DNA of 64,000 nt from positions 150,204-214,203 of the forward strand of contig SVQK01000110.1 in the NCBI GenBank assembly GCA_015065385.1, in the 5' to 3' direction. Shown here one piece after another: positions 18,002 through 27,781 of this stretch. This DNA is from Oscillospiraceae bacterium (GTDB taxonomy: Bacteria; Bacillota; Clostridia; Oscillospirales; CAG-272). Numbering within the stretch: position 1 is the first letter of the stretch; each line of letters begins with the position of its first letter. Made by a program: the position numbers and the translations under genes. The notes under the pieces were generated by a model. It searched no databases and was not told where the DNA came from. It saw only the letters and a list, made by a program, of their open reading frames with translations.

Positions 18002-18670
18002 TCACTCGCAAGCGATATAAATGTCCATGCTCTCCCCGTCGGCCTCGAAGCACGGGATCACGCCGTTTTCGGCGCGGCAGAGTCCGTTGACTCTCATGTA
18101 GGAATCGAGCGTCCGGTACGCGCCGGGGATCGTGACGAAGGGGTTGTCAAAAGGCCGGTCGATATGGACCGCCGCGTACCTGTGCTTCGGCTGCTCTTTT
18201 ACGGTCAGGCCCTCCGTATCGATCCCGTCCGGAACGATCCACGCCGCCGTGTATCCGTGCATATGGTACACGTTGATCTGCTCGGCGGAAACATACGGAA
18301 AGTCCCACCCGATCACCTTCGGATCGTCGGCTCCGCGCTGCCGGGCCAGCCTGTACAGGCGTTCGCAGGCGTCGCTCTCGGGATCGGCGCTGATGACCGT
18401 ATGTTCGACATACCGGAATCCCTCCACCTCTTCGACCCGGAGATCGGAATACGCCTCGCTCCTTTTGTCCATCTCTTCCCGGAACAGGCTGTCGAGGGAG
18501 CAGTTGAATACTCCGCACAGCTCGATCGCTTTGTCGATTTCCGGGACGGCGGCGTTCGATTCCCATTTTGATATCGTCTGGCGGCTGACGCCGATCTGCT
18601 CCGCCAGCATTTCCTGCGTCATGTTCTTCCTCAGACGGCGCAGGTATTGAAGATTGTTTCCGAGATTCAT
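18002..18670 (-). CDS. XRE-family HTH transcriptional regulator with a GyrI-like effector-binding domain
   Basis: The N-terminus, LRKNMTQEMLAEQIGVSRQTISKWESN, is an XRE-type HTH. The 150-aa C-terminal domain resembles AraC-E-bind/GyrI-like domains. Confidence 0.85.
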   Translation of the reverse strand: MNLGNNLQYLRRLRKNMTQEMLAEQIGVSRQTISKWESNAAVPEIDKAIELCGVFNCSLDSLFREEMDKRSEAYSDLRVEEVEGFRYVEHTVISADPESDACERLYRLARQRGADDPKVIGWDFPYVSAEQINVYHMHGYTAAWIVPDGIDTEGLTVKEQPKHRYAAVHIDRPFDNPFVTIPGAYRTLDSYMRVNGLCRAENGVIPCFEADGESMDIYIACE

Positions 18671-18867
18671 GATGCTTCTCCTTTTTGTTTTTTTCTCCGC
18701 GCGGCATCATCATTATAGCGGGAACGGACCGGTTTTTCCACCAATTTCCCTTGACTGTTTTACCCGATCGCGCAACCGTCGATTGCGATTGCCGTCAGAA
18801 ACGGGTCAGGCGGGCAGAACCTCCCTATCAGAGCCGCTTTCTGTGAGAAACGGAAAACACATGCAGA

Positions 18868-18903
18868 AAAAGGACTGGGGAGATATATCCTCACAGTCCT
18901 TTT
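18868..18903 (-). terminator. Intrinsic terminator downstream of the LtaS-like gene
   Basis: AAAAGGACTG at 18868-18877 pairs with CAGTCCTTTT at 18894-18903, a 10-bp stem, flanked by A and T runs on both sides. Confidence 0.7.
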
Positions 18904-18929
18904 CCCGAATCGGTCGGCACAGCGTTCCG

Positions 18930-21152
18930 TTATCCGGGCCCTAACTTCTCCGTCCGTCTGCCCGTCCTTTCTCCCGCCAAAACCGTACCCGTCTCAAGAG
19001 AAACGGATCCGCTCCCGCCGAGGACCGTAAAATCGGCCGTCCTCTGGAGGACGGAAACGGAAGCGTCGTCGAAAAACTCGGGATTCAGCGTGAACAGACT
19101 GACGTCGGCCCGCAGTTCATCCGGAGAGACGAACTCCGTCGGTCTTGCGCGCCCGTTGACCGCCACAACGGAATACGGCGTGAAATTCTCTCCGCGGACG
19201 GTCAGAAGAATATCCCCGTCTGCTCCCTCCGAGAGCACGGCGGAATCGGCCCGGATCTCCCGCACGCCCATCCGAAGCGTTCCGCGGGGAAACGGCGTCT
19301 CCCCGTTCCATGCGTACCGCTCTCCGTACAGCATATCGTACGCCAGAAGGCGAAGAGCGCCGTCCAGCTCATCCGGCTCTTCGAGGATCCGATGGCACCG
19401 GTTCAATAGTCCTTCCGCGGCCCCGGCTTCCCGCAGCATCGCCATACCGGCCTCCCACGCCTCAAGATCCCGGTCTTCCGCGGGTTTCCGTTTTCCGCCG
19501 ATGCGCATAAAGATATATTCCGAATCCAGACAGTCGGATCCGTCCCGGAACGCGGGTTCGCCCTTCCCGGATCCATCGCCGCGGTCAAACGGAAGGGGCG
19601 GAAGATGATCGCCGTAGAGCAGAAGAAGCGTCTCTTCCCCGCTCTCCTCCGCCGATTCCTCCAGCATGGAACAGAGCTCTTTCAGAAAGTCGTCCATCTC
19701 CCGCATCTGTTCCGCGTAGTAGGAAAGCTGCGCGCATTCCTCGGGCGTCCAGCCGTCCGGGAAGGTCAGCACCCGCACACAATCCTCCCGGGGATCCTCC
19801 CGCTCGTCCGCCCCGTCCGGATCGTCCAAAGCGTCCGGATACAGGCCGTGGCCCTGCACGGAAACGGCAAAGACGAAATCCGGCCCTTCCGAGGAATCGA
19901 GGCAGGCGCGGATATAGTCCGTCAGGATCGCGTCCTTCGCCCATCCGAGAGCGTTGACCTCCACGCCGTTCATGTATTCCAGCGGGGTAAAGTCGTCGAA
20001 CCCGAGCGCCTCGTAGACTTTCCAGCGGTCGTAGAAGGAGCCGGAGTGATTGTGGACCGCGTGCGCCGCGTATCCCGCCGCCTTCAGATCGGACGCCATG
20101 GATTCCGCGACCGTGCCCTCCTCTTCGAGGACCGTCTGATAGGGATATTCACCCGCCCCGAAATAGCCGAGATCGATGCCGGTCAGCACCTCGAACTCGG
20201 TATTGGCCGTGCCCGCCCCGACCGTATTCACCCGCAGAAAGCCCGAGGTATTCTTCTCTCTGAGCGAGGCGAAAAACGGCACGGGCGGCTCGGAATAGGA
20301 CGTTCCCGCGATCCGCCCGGGATCCATGAAGGATTCGAGCTGAACAATGACGAGATTCGGCTTTTCCCCGGAAACCGCCGCGGACGGCTCTTCCACGGGG
20401 ATGTCCTCCGTCTCCTGTATCGACGGTTCACGGTCTTCAAGGGAGGTCAGCAGGGTCCGGACCGTCTCTTCCGAATAGTCCTCCGGCTCCCGGATCCCGC
20501 GGTTCAGAACGGTCAGCGAAAAGCAGGTGACAAAGCCGTACTGCTCATACGCGCCGGGCAGATCGGAAAAGGAAGTCTCCACCGCGCCCGTATGGACGGA
20601 GAAGAAAAGGCACCCTCCGGTCACGGCAAGGGCGGAAAAACAGAGCAGGACTTCCCTCCCGAACCGAACCGCCGAAAATCCGGACCGTTTGAACAGACGC
20701 GCGGCCAGCCATACGATCAGGCCGAGAAACAGGGCGATCAGAACGACGTGCCACGCCCGGAGATAGACCTTCACGATGGGCAGACAGGAGCGGAGGATGG
20801 AAAAATCGATTCCCGAAAGCGGAGAGACCCGGAGCGCGACCAGAACGGCGTTTGTGATTCCCAGAATCAGCCAAAGGGACACCGTGACCGTCAGGACAAA
20901 GAGCCGTCTGCGGAACAGCAGGGACAGCGCAAAACAGGCGAACAGCACCGCCGTGCTCAGAAGAAACTGAACCGGTCTCTCCGCAAGATACGCAGCGCCG
21001 CCGAGGGGGGACAGCCTCGCCATCGACTCGATGATCAGATTCATGGCAAAGGCAAGAAGGAAAAAGCAGAGGAAAGGACGGCGTTCCAGCGCGTCCCGGA
21101 TCCTGTCCGCCGTTTTTTGATTCGTTTGTACTTCATGCCGTTTCATACGCAT
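18930..21152 (-). CDS. LTA synthase/sulfatase-family membrane protein (LtaS-like) with a C-terminal IPT/TIG-like extension
   Basis: The 740-aa product has five N-terminal TM segments. NLVIVQLESFMDP and NTVGAGTANTEFEVLTG are LtaS catalytic-domain motifs. The C-terminus reads LLTVRGENFTPYSVVAVNG. Confidence 0.85.
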   Translation of the reverse strand: MRMKRHEVQTNQKTADRIRDALERRPFLCFFLLAFAMNLIIESMARLSPLGGAAYLAERPVQFLLSTAVLFACFALSLLFRRRLFVLTVTVSLWLILGITNAVLVALRVSPLSGIDFSILRSCLPIVKVYLRAWHVVLIALFLGLIVWLAARLFKRSGFSAVRFGREVLLCFSALAVTGGCLFFSVHTGAVETSFSDLPGAYEQYGFVTCFSLTVLNRGIREPEDYSEETVRTLLTSLEDREPSIQETEDIPVEEPSAAVSGEKPNLVIVQLESFMDPGRIAGTSYSEPPVPFFASLREKNTSGFLRVNTVGAGTANTEFEVLTGIDLGYFGAGEYPYQTVLEEEGTVAESMASDLKAAGYAAHAVHNHSGSFYDRWKVYEALGFDDFTPLEYMNGVEVNALGWAKDAILTDYIRACLDSSEGPDFVFAVSVQGHGLYPDALDDPDGADEREDPREDCVRVLTFPDGWTPEECAQLSYYAEQMREMDDFLKELCSMLEESAEESGEETLLLLYGDHLPPLPFDRGDGSGKGEPAFRDGSDCLDSEYIFMRIGGKRKPAEDRDLEAWEAGMAMLREAGAAEGLLNRCHRILEEPDELDGALRLLAYDMLYGERYAWNGETPFPRGTLRMGVREIRADSAVLSEGADGDILLTVRGENFTPYSVVAVNGRARPTEFVSPDELRADVSLFTLNPEFFDDASVSVLQRTADFTVLGGSGSVSLETGTVLAGERTGRRTEKLGPG

Positions 21153-21359
21153 CCGCCGCCTCGCACGTCCGTGGGATTCCGATCGGCTTCATTATAGCAC
21201 ACTGAACGATGAAGAGACAAGGAAAAACGGATGAAGAAATGATAAATTTTGTGTCGGAGTGCGCTGTAAAACGCGATCCCGGCCGCAAATCCCTCTGTGG
21301 GATGATCTTTTGGAAACCCATGGCGTCAGCGCGGAAAAGGCAGTGCTGCCGCGTCGCGC

Positions 21360-21389
21360 TTGACACTCCCCCGAAAGGTATGGTATAAT
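21360..21389 (+). promoter_or_regulatory. Sigma-70-type promoter with an extended -10
   Basis: TTGACA at 21360-21365, an 18-nt spacer ending in TGG, then TATAAT at 21384-21389. Confidence 0.6.
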
Positions 21390-21448
21390 GGGGCAGGATC
21401 CATCCGGATCACCGCTTTTACACGAAAAAAGAACCCGAGGAGGCGCGA

Positions 21449-22129
21449 ATGATGTCATCTGAACGGATTGTCCTGCAAATCCCCGTCAGCCTCTCCGCCG
21501 GAGAGCTCGCCCAACTCTGCCGCGTAAAGCCGGATTCCGCCGCTTTCGAGGTCGTGGAGGAATCGCTGGACGCCGTGAACGAATACGCCGCCCCGAAAGC
21601 GGTCATCAAATGGGCGACGGTCAACGGAGTCGAAGGAGACATCACCGACATCGACGGCACGGTTTTCAAGAGCAAGGTGGTAGCCGACAAGCTGAAAGAT
21701 ACGCCGCGCGTCTTTCTGTCCGTCATCACGGCGGGAAGCGGGCTGGAGAACTGTCCGGATTTTGACGGCGATCCCTTTCTCGACACGCTGAACGGCGCGC
21801 TTCTTGCCCATGCGACGGCGTACACGATCCGGTTCATGAAGGACAGCTTCGGCTTCGACGGCTCCTCCATGCTCAACCCGGGTTCCCTGCCCGACTGGCC
21901 AATCCGGAACAACTTCGCCCTCTTCGACCTCATCGGGAACGTGCCGGAAATCGGCGTGACGATCCGGGAAAACGGCTATATGAAACCGTGGAATACGACC
22001 TCGCACATCCACTTCTCGGGTCACGGCTATCAGAACTGCTCCCTCTGCCGCAAGTACGACTGCATCGGCCGCCGCGCGAAGTTCAACCGGGAGGAGTATG
22101 TGCGGATCTTCGGCGTCGAGCCGGAGTGA
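21449..22129 (+). CDS. Stand-alone protein resembling the activation domain of B12-dependent methionine synthase
   Basis: The 226-aa product contains NPGSLPDWPIRNNFALFDLIG...IGVTIRENGYMKPWNTTSHIHF, which resembles the Met_synt_B12 domain. A GAGGAGG RBS is present. Confidence 0.6.
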   Translation: MMSSERIVLQIPVSLSAGELAQLCRVKPDSAAFEVVEESLDAVNEYAAPKAVIKWATVNGVEGDITDIDGTVFKSKVVADKLKDTPRVFLSVITAGSGLENCPDFDGDPFLDTLNGALLAHATAYTIRFMKDSFGFDGSSMLNPGSLPDWPIRNNFALFDLIGNVPEIGVTIRENGYMKPWNTTSHIHFSGHGYQNCSLCRKYDCIGRRAKFNREEYVRIFGVEPE

Positions 22130-22226
22130 ACCCCGTGTCCGCGCCTTGACTGCGAGGCCGGTTCGCGGGACGAATCCCTCAACCGGCGGGAGAAAACAGC
22201 GTCCGCGACGACGCGGGAGACAGAAG

Positions 22227-23084
22227 ATGAAAGTCAACCTCCGAAAACCGAAGAACGTCAGAATCACAAAAGCACAGGCGTTATGCGGCGGACACAGGGT
22301 CCCGCTTCTGATCCTCTCGCCCGATAACGGCGCAAAGGACGCGCCGGGCGTTCTGTGGATCCACGGCGGCGGAACTGTCACCGGGATGAAGGAAATGGCG
22401 TATATGTCCCGCGCCGTCGATCTGGTCAGGGACTTCGGCGCCGTCGCGGTCTCGCCGGGGTATCGTCTGGCCTGGCTTCATCCCTTCCCCGCCGCGCTTG
22501 ACGACTGTTATACCGCACTCCTGTGGATGGCGGAAAACTGCGGTTCTCTGGGCATCTGCCCCGACCGGCTGATCGTCGGAGGGGAGAGCGCGGGAGGCGG
22601 GCTTGCCGCGGCGGTCTGCATGAGGGCCCGGGACGAAAAGAGCGCGGAGATCGCCTGTCAGCTGCCTCTCTACCCGATGCTCGACAATTTCGACACCGAA
22701 AGCTCGGGAAACAATCACGGCAAGGTCTGGAACACGCGCCGCAATCATTTCGGCTGGCGGATGTATCTGAGAAAAAACGCGAAGAAGAACGTCACGCCCT
22801 ATGCCTCGCCCGCCCGGCAGACCGATTATTCCGGACTTCCGCCCTGCTACACCTTCGTCGGTGACGGCGAGCCCTTTTACGCGGAAACCCTGACCTATGT
22901 CGAAAACCTCAAAAAAGCGGGCGTGGAGGCGCGCTGTGACGTCTATCACACCGATATCCACGCGTTCGATATGCTATATCCCGAACTGGACGTCTCAAAA
23001 CAGGCGGTGGAAGCGTTTCGTGAAAACTTCGCGGAGGCTATGAAAGCCGGATTCGCTCGGCGGAACACGGATAGACAAACGTAA
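22227..23084 (+). CDS. Alpha/beta hydrolase (esterase/lipase, HSL-like fold)
   Basis: I trimmed to the ATG at 22227. LWIHGGGTVTG is an HGGG-type oxyanion motif and GGESAGGGLA is the GxSxG nucleophile motif. Confidence 0.85.
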   Translation: MKVNLRKPKNVRITKAQALCGGHRVPLLILSPDNGAKDAPGVLWIHGGGTVTGMKEMAYMSRAVDLVRDFGAVAVSPGYRLAWLHPFPAALDDCYTALLWMAENCGSLGICPDRLIVGGESAGGGLAAAVCMRARDEKSAEIACQLPLYPMLDNFDTESSGNNHGKVWNTRRNHFGWRMYLRKNAKKNVTPYASPARQTDYSGLPPCYTFVGDGEPFYAETLTYVENLKKAGVEARCDVYHTDIHAFDMLYPELDVSKQAVEAFRENFAEAMKAGFARRNTDRQT

Positions 23085-23090
23085 AGTGTT

Positions 23091-24605
23091 ATGGAATGGT
23101 TTTGGTTGATCATCGCTTCTCTCGGCGCAGGGCTCGGAACCGGACTCGCCGGGCTTTCCGCCGCAACCGTCATGGTGCCGATCCTCATCGTGCTCTGCCC
23201 GTCCTTTGCCGGGGAGACCGGCGCATATCAGGCAACGGCGATCGCGCTGGCGTCGGATATCCTCGGCTCGGCAGTCACGGCCTGCACCTATGCGAAACAC
23301 AGGAATATCGACCTGAAACGCGGCTGGGTCATGCTGGCGTGCATCCTCGGGATGTGCACGGTCGGCAGCTATGCCGCGTTCATTGTCGGCAACGCGGTGC
23401 TCGGCGGCTTCACCCTGTTCCTCACCTTTTTCATCGGCATCCGCTTCCTTGCAAAGCCCGATACGAGCCGGAAGGATCGGGCGGTGAAGGGGGAGAAGCT
23501 CGACTGGCGGGGCGTCATCATATCCCTGTTCTTCGGCCTGACGATCGGATTCGGAACCGGCTTTGTCGGAACGGGCGGCGGGATGATGATGCTCGTCGTT
23601 TTCACCGCTTTTCTCGGGATGGAGCTGAAAACCGCCGTCGGGACAAGCACCTTTATCATGACCTTCACGGCGCTGATCGCCTCGGTCAGCCATATCCTGA
23701 TCCACCCCGCCATCGTGCTGGAAAAACGGGACGCGATGCTCGTCTGCATCCTTGTCGCCACCGCCTCGAGCCTTGCGTCGGCGAAGTTCGCCAACAAAGT
23801 GAAAAACCGCACCGTGGGGCTTGTGACCGGCGCGGTGCTGACGGTCCTCGGCGCGGCGATGCTGATCCTGAACTATTGGAATTTCCTTTCGGAGTTTGCC
23901 TTATTCGTCGATACGCTCCGATGTCTCGGCATTCTTGCGGCGTATATCCTCCAATGCCTGATCGTGCTTCTCCCCGTCCGCTTTTTCACAAAGGTTCCGC
24001 CGTTCGTTTTCCGCAAGCTGCTGCACGTCGTCGCGTTCTCCTGCGTGACGGTCATGATCCTGACAGCCGGGTCCTGGCAGTCGGCGTCCCTTGCGTCCGT
24101 CGTCGTCGCGGCGGCGCTGTACCCCGTTCTGCGCCTGCTGGAGCACGAGCCGTGGTTTGCGGATCTGTTTGTGCAGAAGAAGCCCGGAGAGGTCCGGAAG
24201 AGTCTTCTGATGCTCTTTCTGATGTTCTCAGCCGTCACCGCCGTATCGTGGGGCGTGTTCGGCAAGCCCTTCGTCGCCGCCGCCGCGATCCTCATGTGGG
24301 GGACCGGAGACGCGGCCGCAGCCTTGATCGGCATTCCGTTTGGAAAGCACAAAGTCAGGCTGAAGCCGGCGGACGGCAAAAAATCCTGGGAGGGCAGCGC
24401 GGCCATGCTTGCGGTCGCATTTGTCTCCGGCTTCTGCGTCCTGCGTTTCCGGAGCGGAATGCCTGTGTCGTACTCCCTCTTCGCCGCTTTGACCGCTTCC
24501 CTGTTCGGTACGGCGACGGAGCTTTTCAGCCCGAGCGAATGGGATACCGTGACGGTCCCGACTGTGACTGCCGCCGTTCTTCTGCTGCTGGGACTGGTCG
24601 GGTGA
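23091..24605 (+). CDS. Fusion of a TSUP (TauE/SafE) permease with a CTP-dependent polyprenol/phytol-kinase-like (CTP_transf_1-like) membrane domain
   Basis: Residues 1-260 are a TauE/SafE-like 8-TM repeat (GLGTGLAG and GFGTGFVGTGGG). Residues from about 290 to 504 contain RKLLHVV, GTGDAAAALIGIPFGKHK, and KSWEGSAAM. Confidence 0.75.
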   Translation: MEWFWLIIASLGAGLGTGLAGLSAATVMVPILIVLCPSFAGETGAYQATAIALASDILGSAVTACTYAKHRNIDLKRGWVMLACILGMCTVGSYAAFIVGNAVLGGFTLFLTFFIGIRFLAKPDTSRKDRAVKGEKLDWRGVIISLFFGLTIGFGTGFVGTGGGMMMLVVFTAFLGMELKTAVGTSTFIMTFTALIASVSHILIHPAIVLEKRDAMLVCILVATASSLASAKFANKVKNRTVGLVTGAVLTVLGAAMLILNYWNFLSEFALFVDTLRCLGILAAYILQCLIVLLPVRFFTKVPPFVFRKLLHVVAFSCVTVMILTAGSWQSASLASVVVAAALYPVLRLLEHEPWFADLFVQKKPGEVRKSLLMLFLMFSAVTAVSWGVFGKPFVAAAAILMWGTGDAAAALIGIPFGKHKVRLKPADGKKSWEGSAAMLAVAFVSGFCVLRFRSGMPVSYSLFAALTASLFGTATELFSPSEWDTVTVPTVTAAVLLLLGLVG

Positions 24606-24641
24606 GGCTGACAGATTCCCGTTTGACGGTTTGCATTCCCG

Positions 24642-25169
24642 TCATTCTTCCGTGAGAACGGAGCATTTGCGCAAGTAGTCCTCCCGCGACACCTCCAGCT
24701 GAATACACCCGCCTGCCATGCCCGTTTCCCGAAAGCCGGCCGCCTTGTGGATGCGGACCGCAGCCCCGCGCGTCGGCTCGAAATCGTTGTGCAGGACGGG
24801 GATGCCGTCCACTCTGAACGCGCGGTCCAACAACAGGCGAAGCCCCCCTTTTCCGTACCCTTTTCCCCGCTCCGGAGCGTAAATCACGATTCCCATTTCC
24901 CACCGGCCAAAGGCGGGATTGCGGTGATAATTCACGTCTCCGACAAACGCGCCGTCCCTTTTCCGCCTGAGGAAAGCGTAAAACCGCTCGGGCTGCTTTC
25001 CGATCCAAAGCTTTTGCAGGTTCAGCCACTCCGATTCCGGTTCCGGAATACAGCCGTCCGGCGGGAACCACGGCGCGTTGTATGCCATCGTCTCCGGATC
25101 GGTCATCATTTTCACATAGAACCAGCCGTCTTCCATACGGGGAACATATATCTGCAAATCGGCTGTCAT
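24642..25169 (-). CDS. GNAT N-acetyltransferase (RimJ/RimL-like)
   Basis: The 175-aa product contains IVIYAPERGKGYGKGGLRLLLDRAF. Confidence 0.85.
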   Translation of the reverse strand: MTADLQIYVPRMEDGWFYVKMMTDPETMAYNAPWFPPDGCIPEPESEWLNLQKLWIGKQPERFYAFLRRKRDGAFVGDVNYHRNPAFGRWEMGIVIYAPERGKGYGKGGLRLLLDRAFRVDGIPVLHNDFEPTRGAAVRIHKAAGFRETGMAGGCIQLEVSREDYLRKCSVLTEE

Positions 25170-25193
25170 CTTTTTGCCCTCTCCTCCTCCAGA

Positions 25194-26663
25194 TCACCAG
25201 AACGCCTTCCGCACGGGCAGGGGATCGGAGGTCTGCGCCATGCGGTCAGCCAGCAGCTCGAACATCCGCATCTGCTCCGCGGCATACTCCGGCCTGCCGT
25301 AGAGGTTGACATGCTCGCCGGGATCGTTTTCCAGATCGTAGAGCTCGCTGCCGGGGATCTCCTCCGCGTCCGTGGAGTGCACCCGGGTGAGCTTCCACCG
25401 ACCGTCCGAGACCATCGTCAGAAAAGCCAGCGGATCCCGGTGGTTGATGTTGGAATTGTAGTATTCGCTGTACACGCTCTTTCGGTGAACGTCCGGGGCG
25501 TCTGAATCCGTCAGAAGGGGCAGGAAGGAGCGGCCCTGAAAAGACGGCGGCGCGTCGATCCCCGCGGCTTCGCACAGTGTCGGAGCGAGGTCGATCATTT
25601 CCGTGAGGGCTTCCCGCGTCACGCCGGAGAGCGTATGTCCCGGCCAGCGGACGACGAAGGGAATATGCACGGCGTTTTCATAGCAGTACGGGCCTTTGAG
25701 ATAAATCCCGTGATCGCCGAGGGATTCCCCGTGGTCGGAGGTGAAGAGGATGATCGTGTTCTCGGCCTGTCCGATCTCTTTGAGGTATGAGACGATCCGC
25801 CCTACGTTGTCGTCGATCTGATCCACCATCGCCCAGTACGCGGCGGTGAGCCACCGGTGATCCGTGTCGGTCATGTCGTCGTAGGGGAGATGCCCCGGCG
25901 TGTTGTACGCGCCTTCATGGTCGTGCCGCTGGAAGACGGACTTGTGATCGAGTTCTCCGGGAACGTAGTCCGGGAGGGGGATTTCCTCGAGGATCGGGCG
26001 GTAGCGTTCGAGAAATTCCGCCGGCGGGTCGAACGGGTGATGGGGATCGTAGCAGTTCAGCGAGAAGAACCACGGCTGATCCGGCTCCTGTTCCCCGATA
26101 AAGCGCATGGCCTCATTGAAGCACCACGTCGTCTGGGAGAACTCCTTCGTCATGCCCTTGCGTACAAACCGGCAATCCGGGAAAGGCTCGGTGTGAAAAT
26201 CCAGTCCCTGAAAGGTGAGCCAGTTGGTATAGGCGTTGCCGGTCCAGTTTCCACGCCCCGTGGCCGCCGGATGATGGGACCAGGAGAAGAAGGAATACCC
26301 GTCGTCGATGCGGCGTTCCGTGTCGGGACAGACGGACGGGCTGCACACGCTGATGTGGAGCTTCCCGGAGAGCCCGCAGACATAGCCGTGATCCGCGAAC
26401 AGCCGGGGGAGCAGAAGTTCCGTCTCGGGGATGTTCTGTCCGTTCTGCCGCACGCCGCAGGTCCGGGGATAGCGGCCTGTGAGAAAGCTGGCTCTGGCAG
26501 GGGCGCAGACGGGGCTCTGGGAATACATCCAGCCGAGCTTCACTCCCTCTGCGGCGAGGGCGTCAATGTTCGGGGTGTGGGTAAACGGATTGCCGTAACA
26601 GCCGATCGTGTCCCGCCGCTGCTGATCGGTGCAGATCCAGAGGATGTTCGGTTTGCGGTTCAT
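25194..26663 (-). CDS. Cys-type sulfatase
   Basis: PNILWICTDQQRRD is present. SPVCAPARASFLTGRYP carries the C-x-P-x-R formylglycine motif. Length is 489 aa. Confidence 0.92.
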   Translation of the reverse strand: MNRKPNILWICTDQQRRDTIGCYGNPFTHTPNIDALAAEGVKLGWMYSQSPVCAPARASFLTGRYPRTCGVRQNGQNIPETELLLPRLFADHGYVCGLSGKLHISVCSPSVCPDTERRIDDGYSFFSWSHHPAATGRGNWTGNAYTNWLTFQGLDFHTEPFPDCRFVRKGMTKEFSQTTWCFNEAMRFIGEQEPDQPWFFSLNCYDPHHPFDPPAEFLERYRPILEEIPLPDYVPGELDHKSVFQRHDHEGAYNTPGHLPYDDMTDTDHRWLTAAYWAMVDQIDDNVGRIVSYLKEIGQAENTIILFTSDHGESLGDHGIYLKGPYCYENAVHIPFVVRWPGHTLSGVTREALTEMIDLAPTLCEAAGIDAPPSFQGRSFLPLLTDSDAPDVHRKSVYSEYYNSNINHRDPLAFLTMVSDGRWKLTRVHSTDAEEIPGSELYDLENDPGEHVNLYGRPEYAAEQMRMFELLADRMAQTSDPLPVRKAFW

Positions 26664-27781
26664 ATCGTTCGCTCCTGTTTATGATGGTATTTGGGAAAAG
26701 GGCCGGCCGACGGCAGCGATTCGATCAGGGAGAGAAGATCTTCGTAAAAACCGCGGATCTCGTGCCTGTGCGTCAGCCCGCCCTGTAAGGCCATGTGATC
26801 TCCCTTGTACGTCGGGAAAACGTTCCAGACTCCCGGCTGGACGCGCATCCGGTCGAGGGGTTTCGCGGGCGCGCCGGACGGGGCTTTTGCGGACACCGTG
26901 TTGACCAGCCCGTCGTTCTCCCGCCAGCTTTCGTCGATCCGGAATCCGCCCCCGGTCGTCCCGGCGTACGCGCCGATCTGACAGGACCGCATCACGAAAA
27001 GAGGCTCCATTCCGCGAATCGGCCTGTGCGTTCCGTCCGGCTGAGGTTCGGTGAATCCGCAGGGAACGGAAAAATAGTACGTCCCCGGGAGCGTGCCGAT
27101 CCGTCGGTTCATCGCAAGCGCGTTGTCGATCCTCATGTCAAAATCCGCAAAGTCCCGCTCGTCCCGGTCGTCCTTCCGAGTCCGAACGCGCTTCGAAAGC
27201 ATCCGTGCGAGGATCCCGCTCCACCACGGCGTTTTGACTCCGGCGGGTTCGAAGGACGGATCGGCGAACAGATCGTAGGCCGTGGTTCCGTTCATCGGGG
27301 CGGCCAGAGCGGCAACGGCGAGAACCCGCTCCGCAAAACCTCCTTCAAACAGAGGGGAGAGGTCTTCGCTCCCCGCCCTCCTTTCCTCCTCGTCCCCGTA
27401 TGCCAGCAGATGGGAGAAGAGCCTCACCGTCGCGCCGCCGAAGGAGTGACCGATCAGAACGAGCCTCGTGTCCCCGTTCCACTCCGGAATCAGCGGACAG
27501 GTCGAAAAATCCGGTCCATACCGTTCGTGGCGGTACCTCTGGCTGTGCGCCGCGCCGTAATCCGTCCGGGTTCCGGCAATCTGCGCGTACAGCTCGCAGG
27601 CTCTGTCCCACGCGCTCCCGGTCGGGGCAACGGACGCGGCATAACAGTCGAATCCCTTCCCGCGGAGGTATGCCGTCAGATCCCCGCCCCGCATTCCCCA
27701 ATAGGGCATTCTCCGGTACTGCTCGTCGTAGCTGCCCCAGCCGGACAGACCGTGAACGAAGACAAATTGCAGCTTACCCAC
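26660..27781 (-). CDS. Triacylglycerol lipase-like alpha/beta hydrolase (family I.5/I.6-like)
   Basis: FVFVHGLSGWG...YWG...GSAWDRACELYAQIAGTRTDYGAAHS and LIGHSFGGATVR resemble Geobacillus and Staphylococcus lipases. The start overlaps the upstream gene, and the stop overlaps the sulfatase ATG. Confidence 0.85.
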   Translation of the reverse strand: MGKLQFVFVHGLSGWGSYDEQYRRMPYWGMRGGDLTAYLRGKGFDCYAASVAPTGSAWDRACELYAQIAGTRTDYGAAHSQRYRHERYGPDFSTCPLIPEWNGDTRLVLIGHSFGGATVRLFSHLLAYGDEEERRAGSEDLSPLFEGGFAERVLAVAALAAPMNGTTAYDLFADPSFEPAGVKTPWWSGILARMLSKRVRTRKDDRDERDFADFDMRIDNALAMNRRIGTLPGTYYFSVPCGFTEPQPDGTHRPIRGMEPLFVMRSCQIGAYAGTTGGGFRIDESWRENDGLVNTVSAKAPSGAPAKPLDRMRVQPGVWNVFPTYKGDHMALQGGLTHRHEIRGFYEDLLSLIESLPSAGPFPKYHHKQERTI

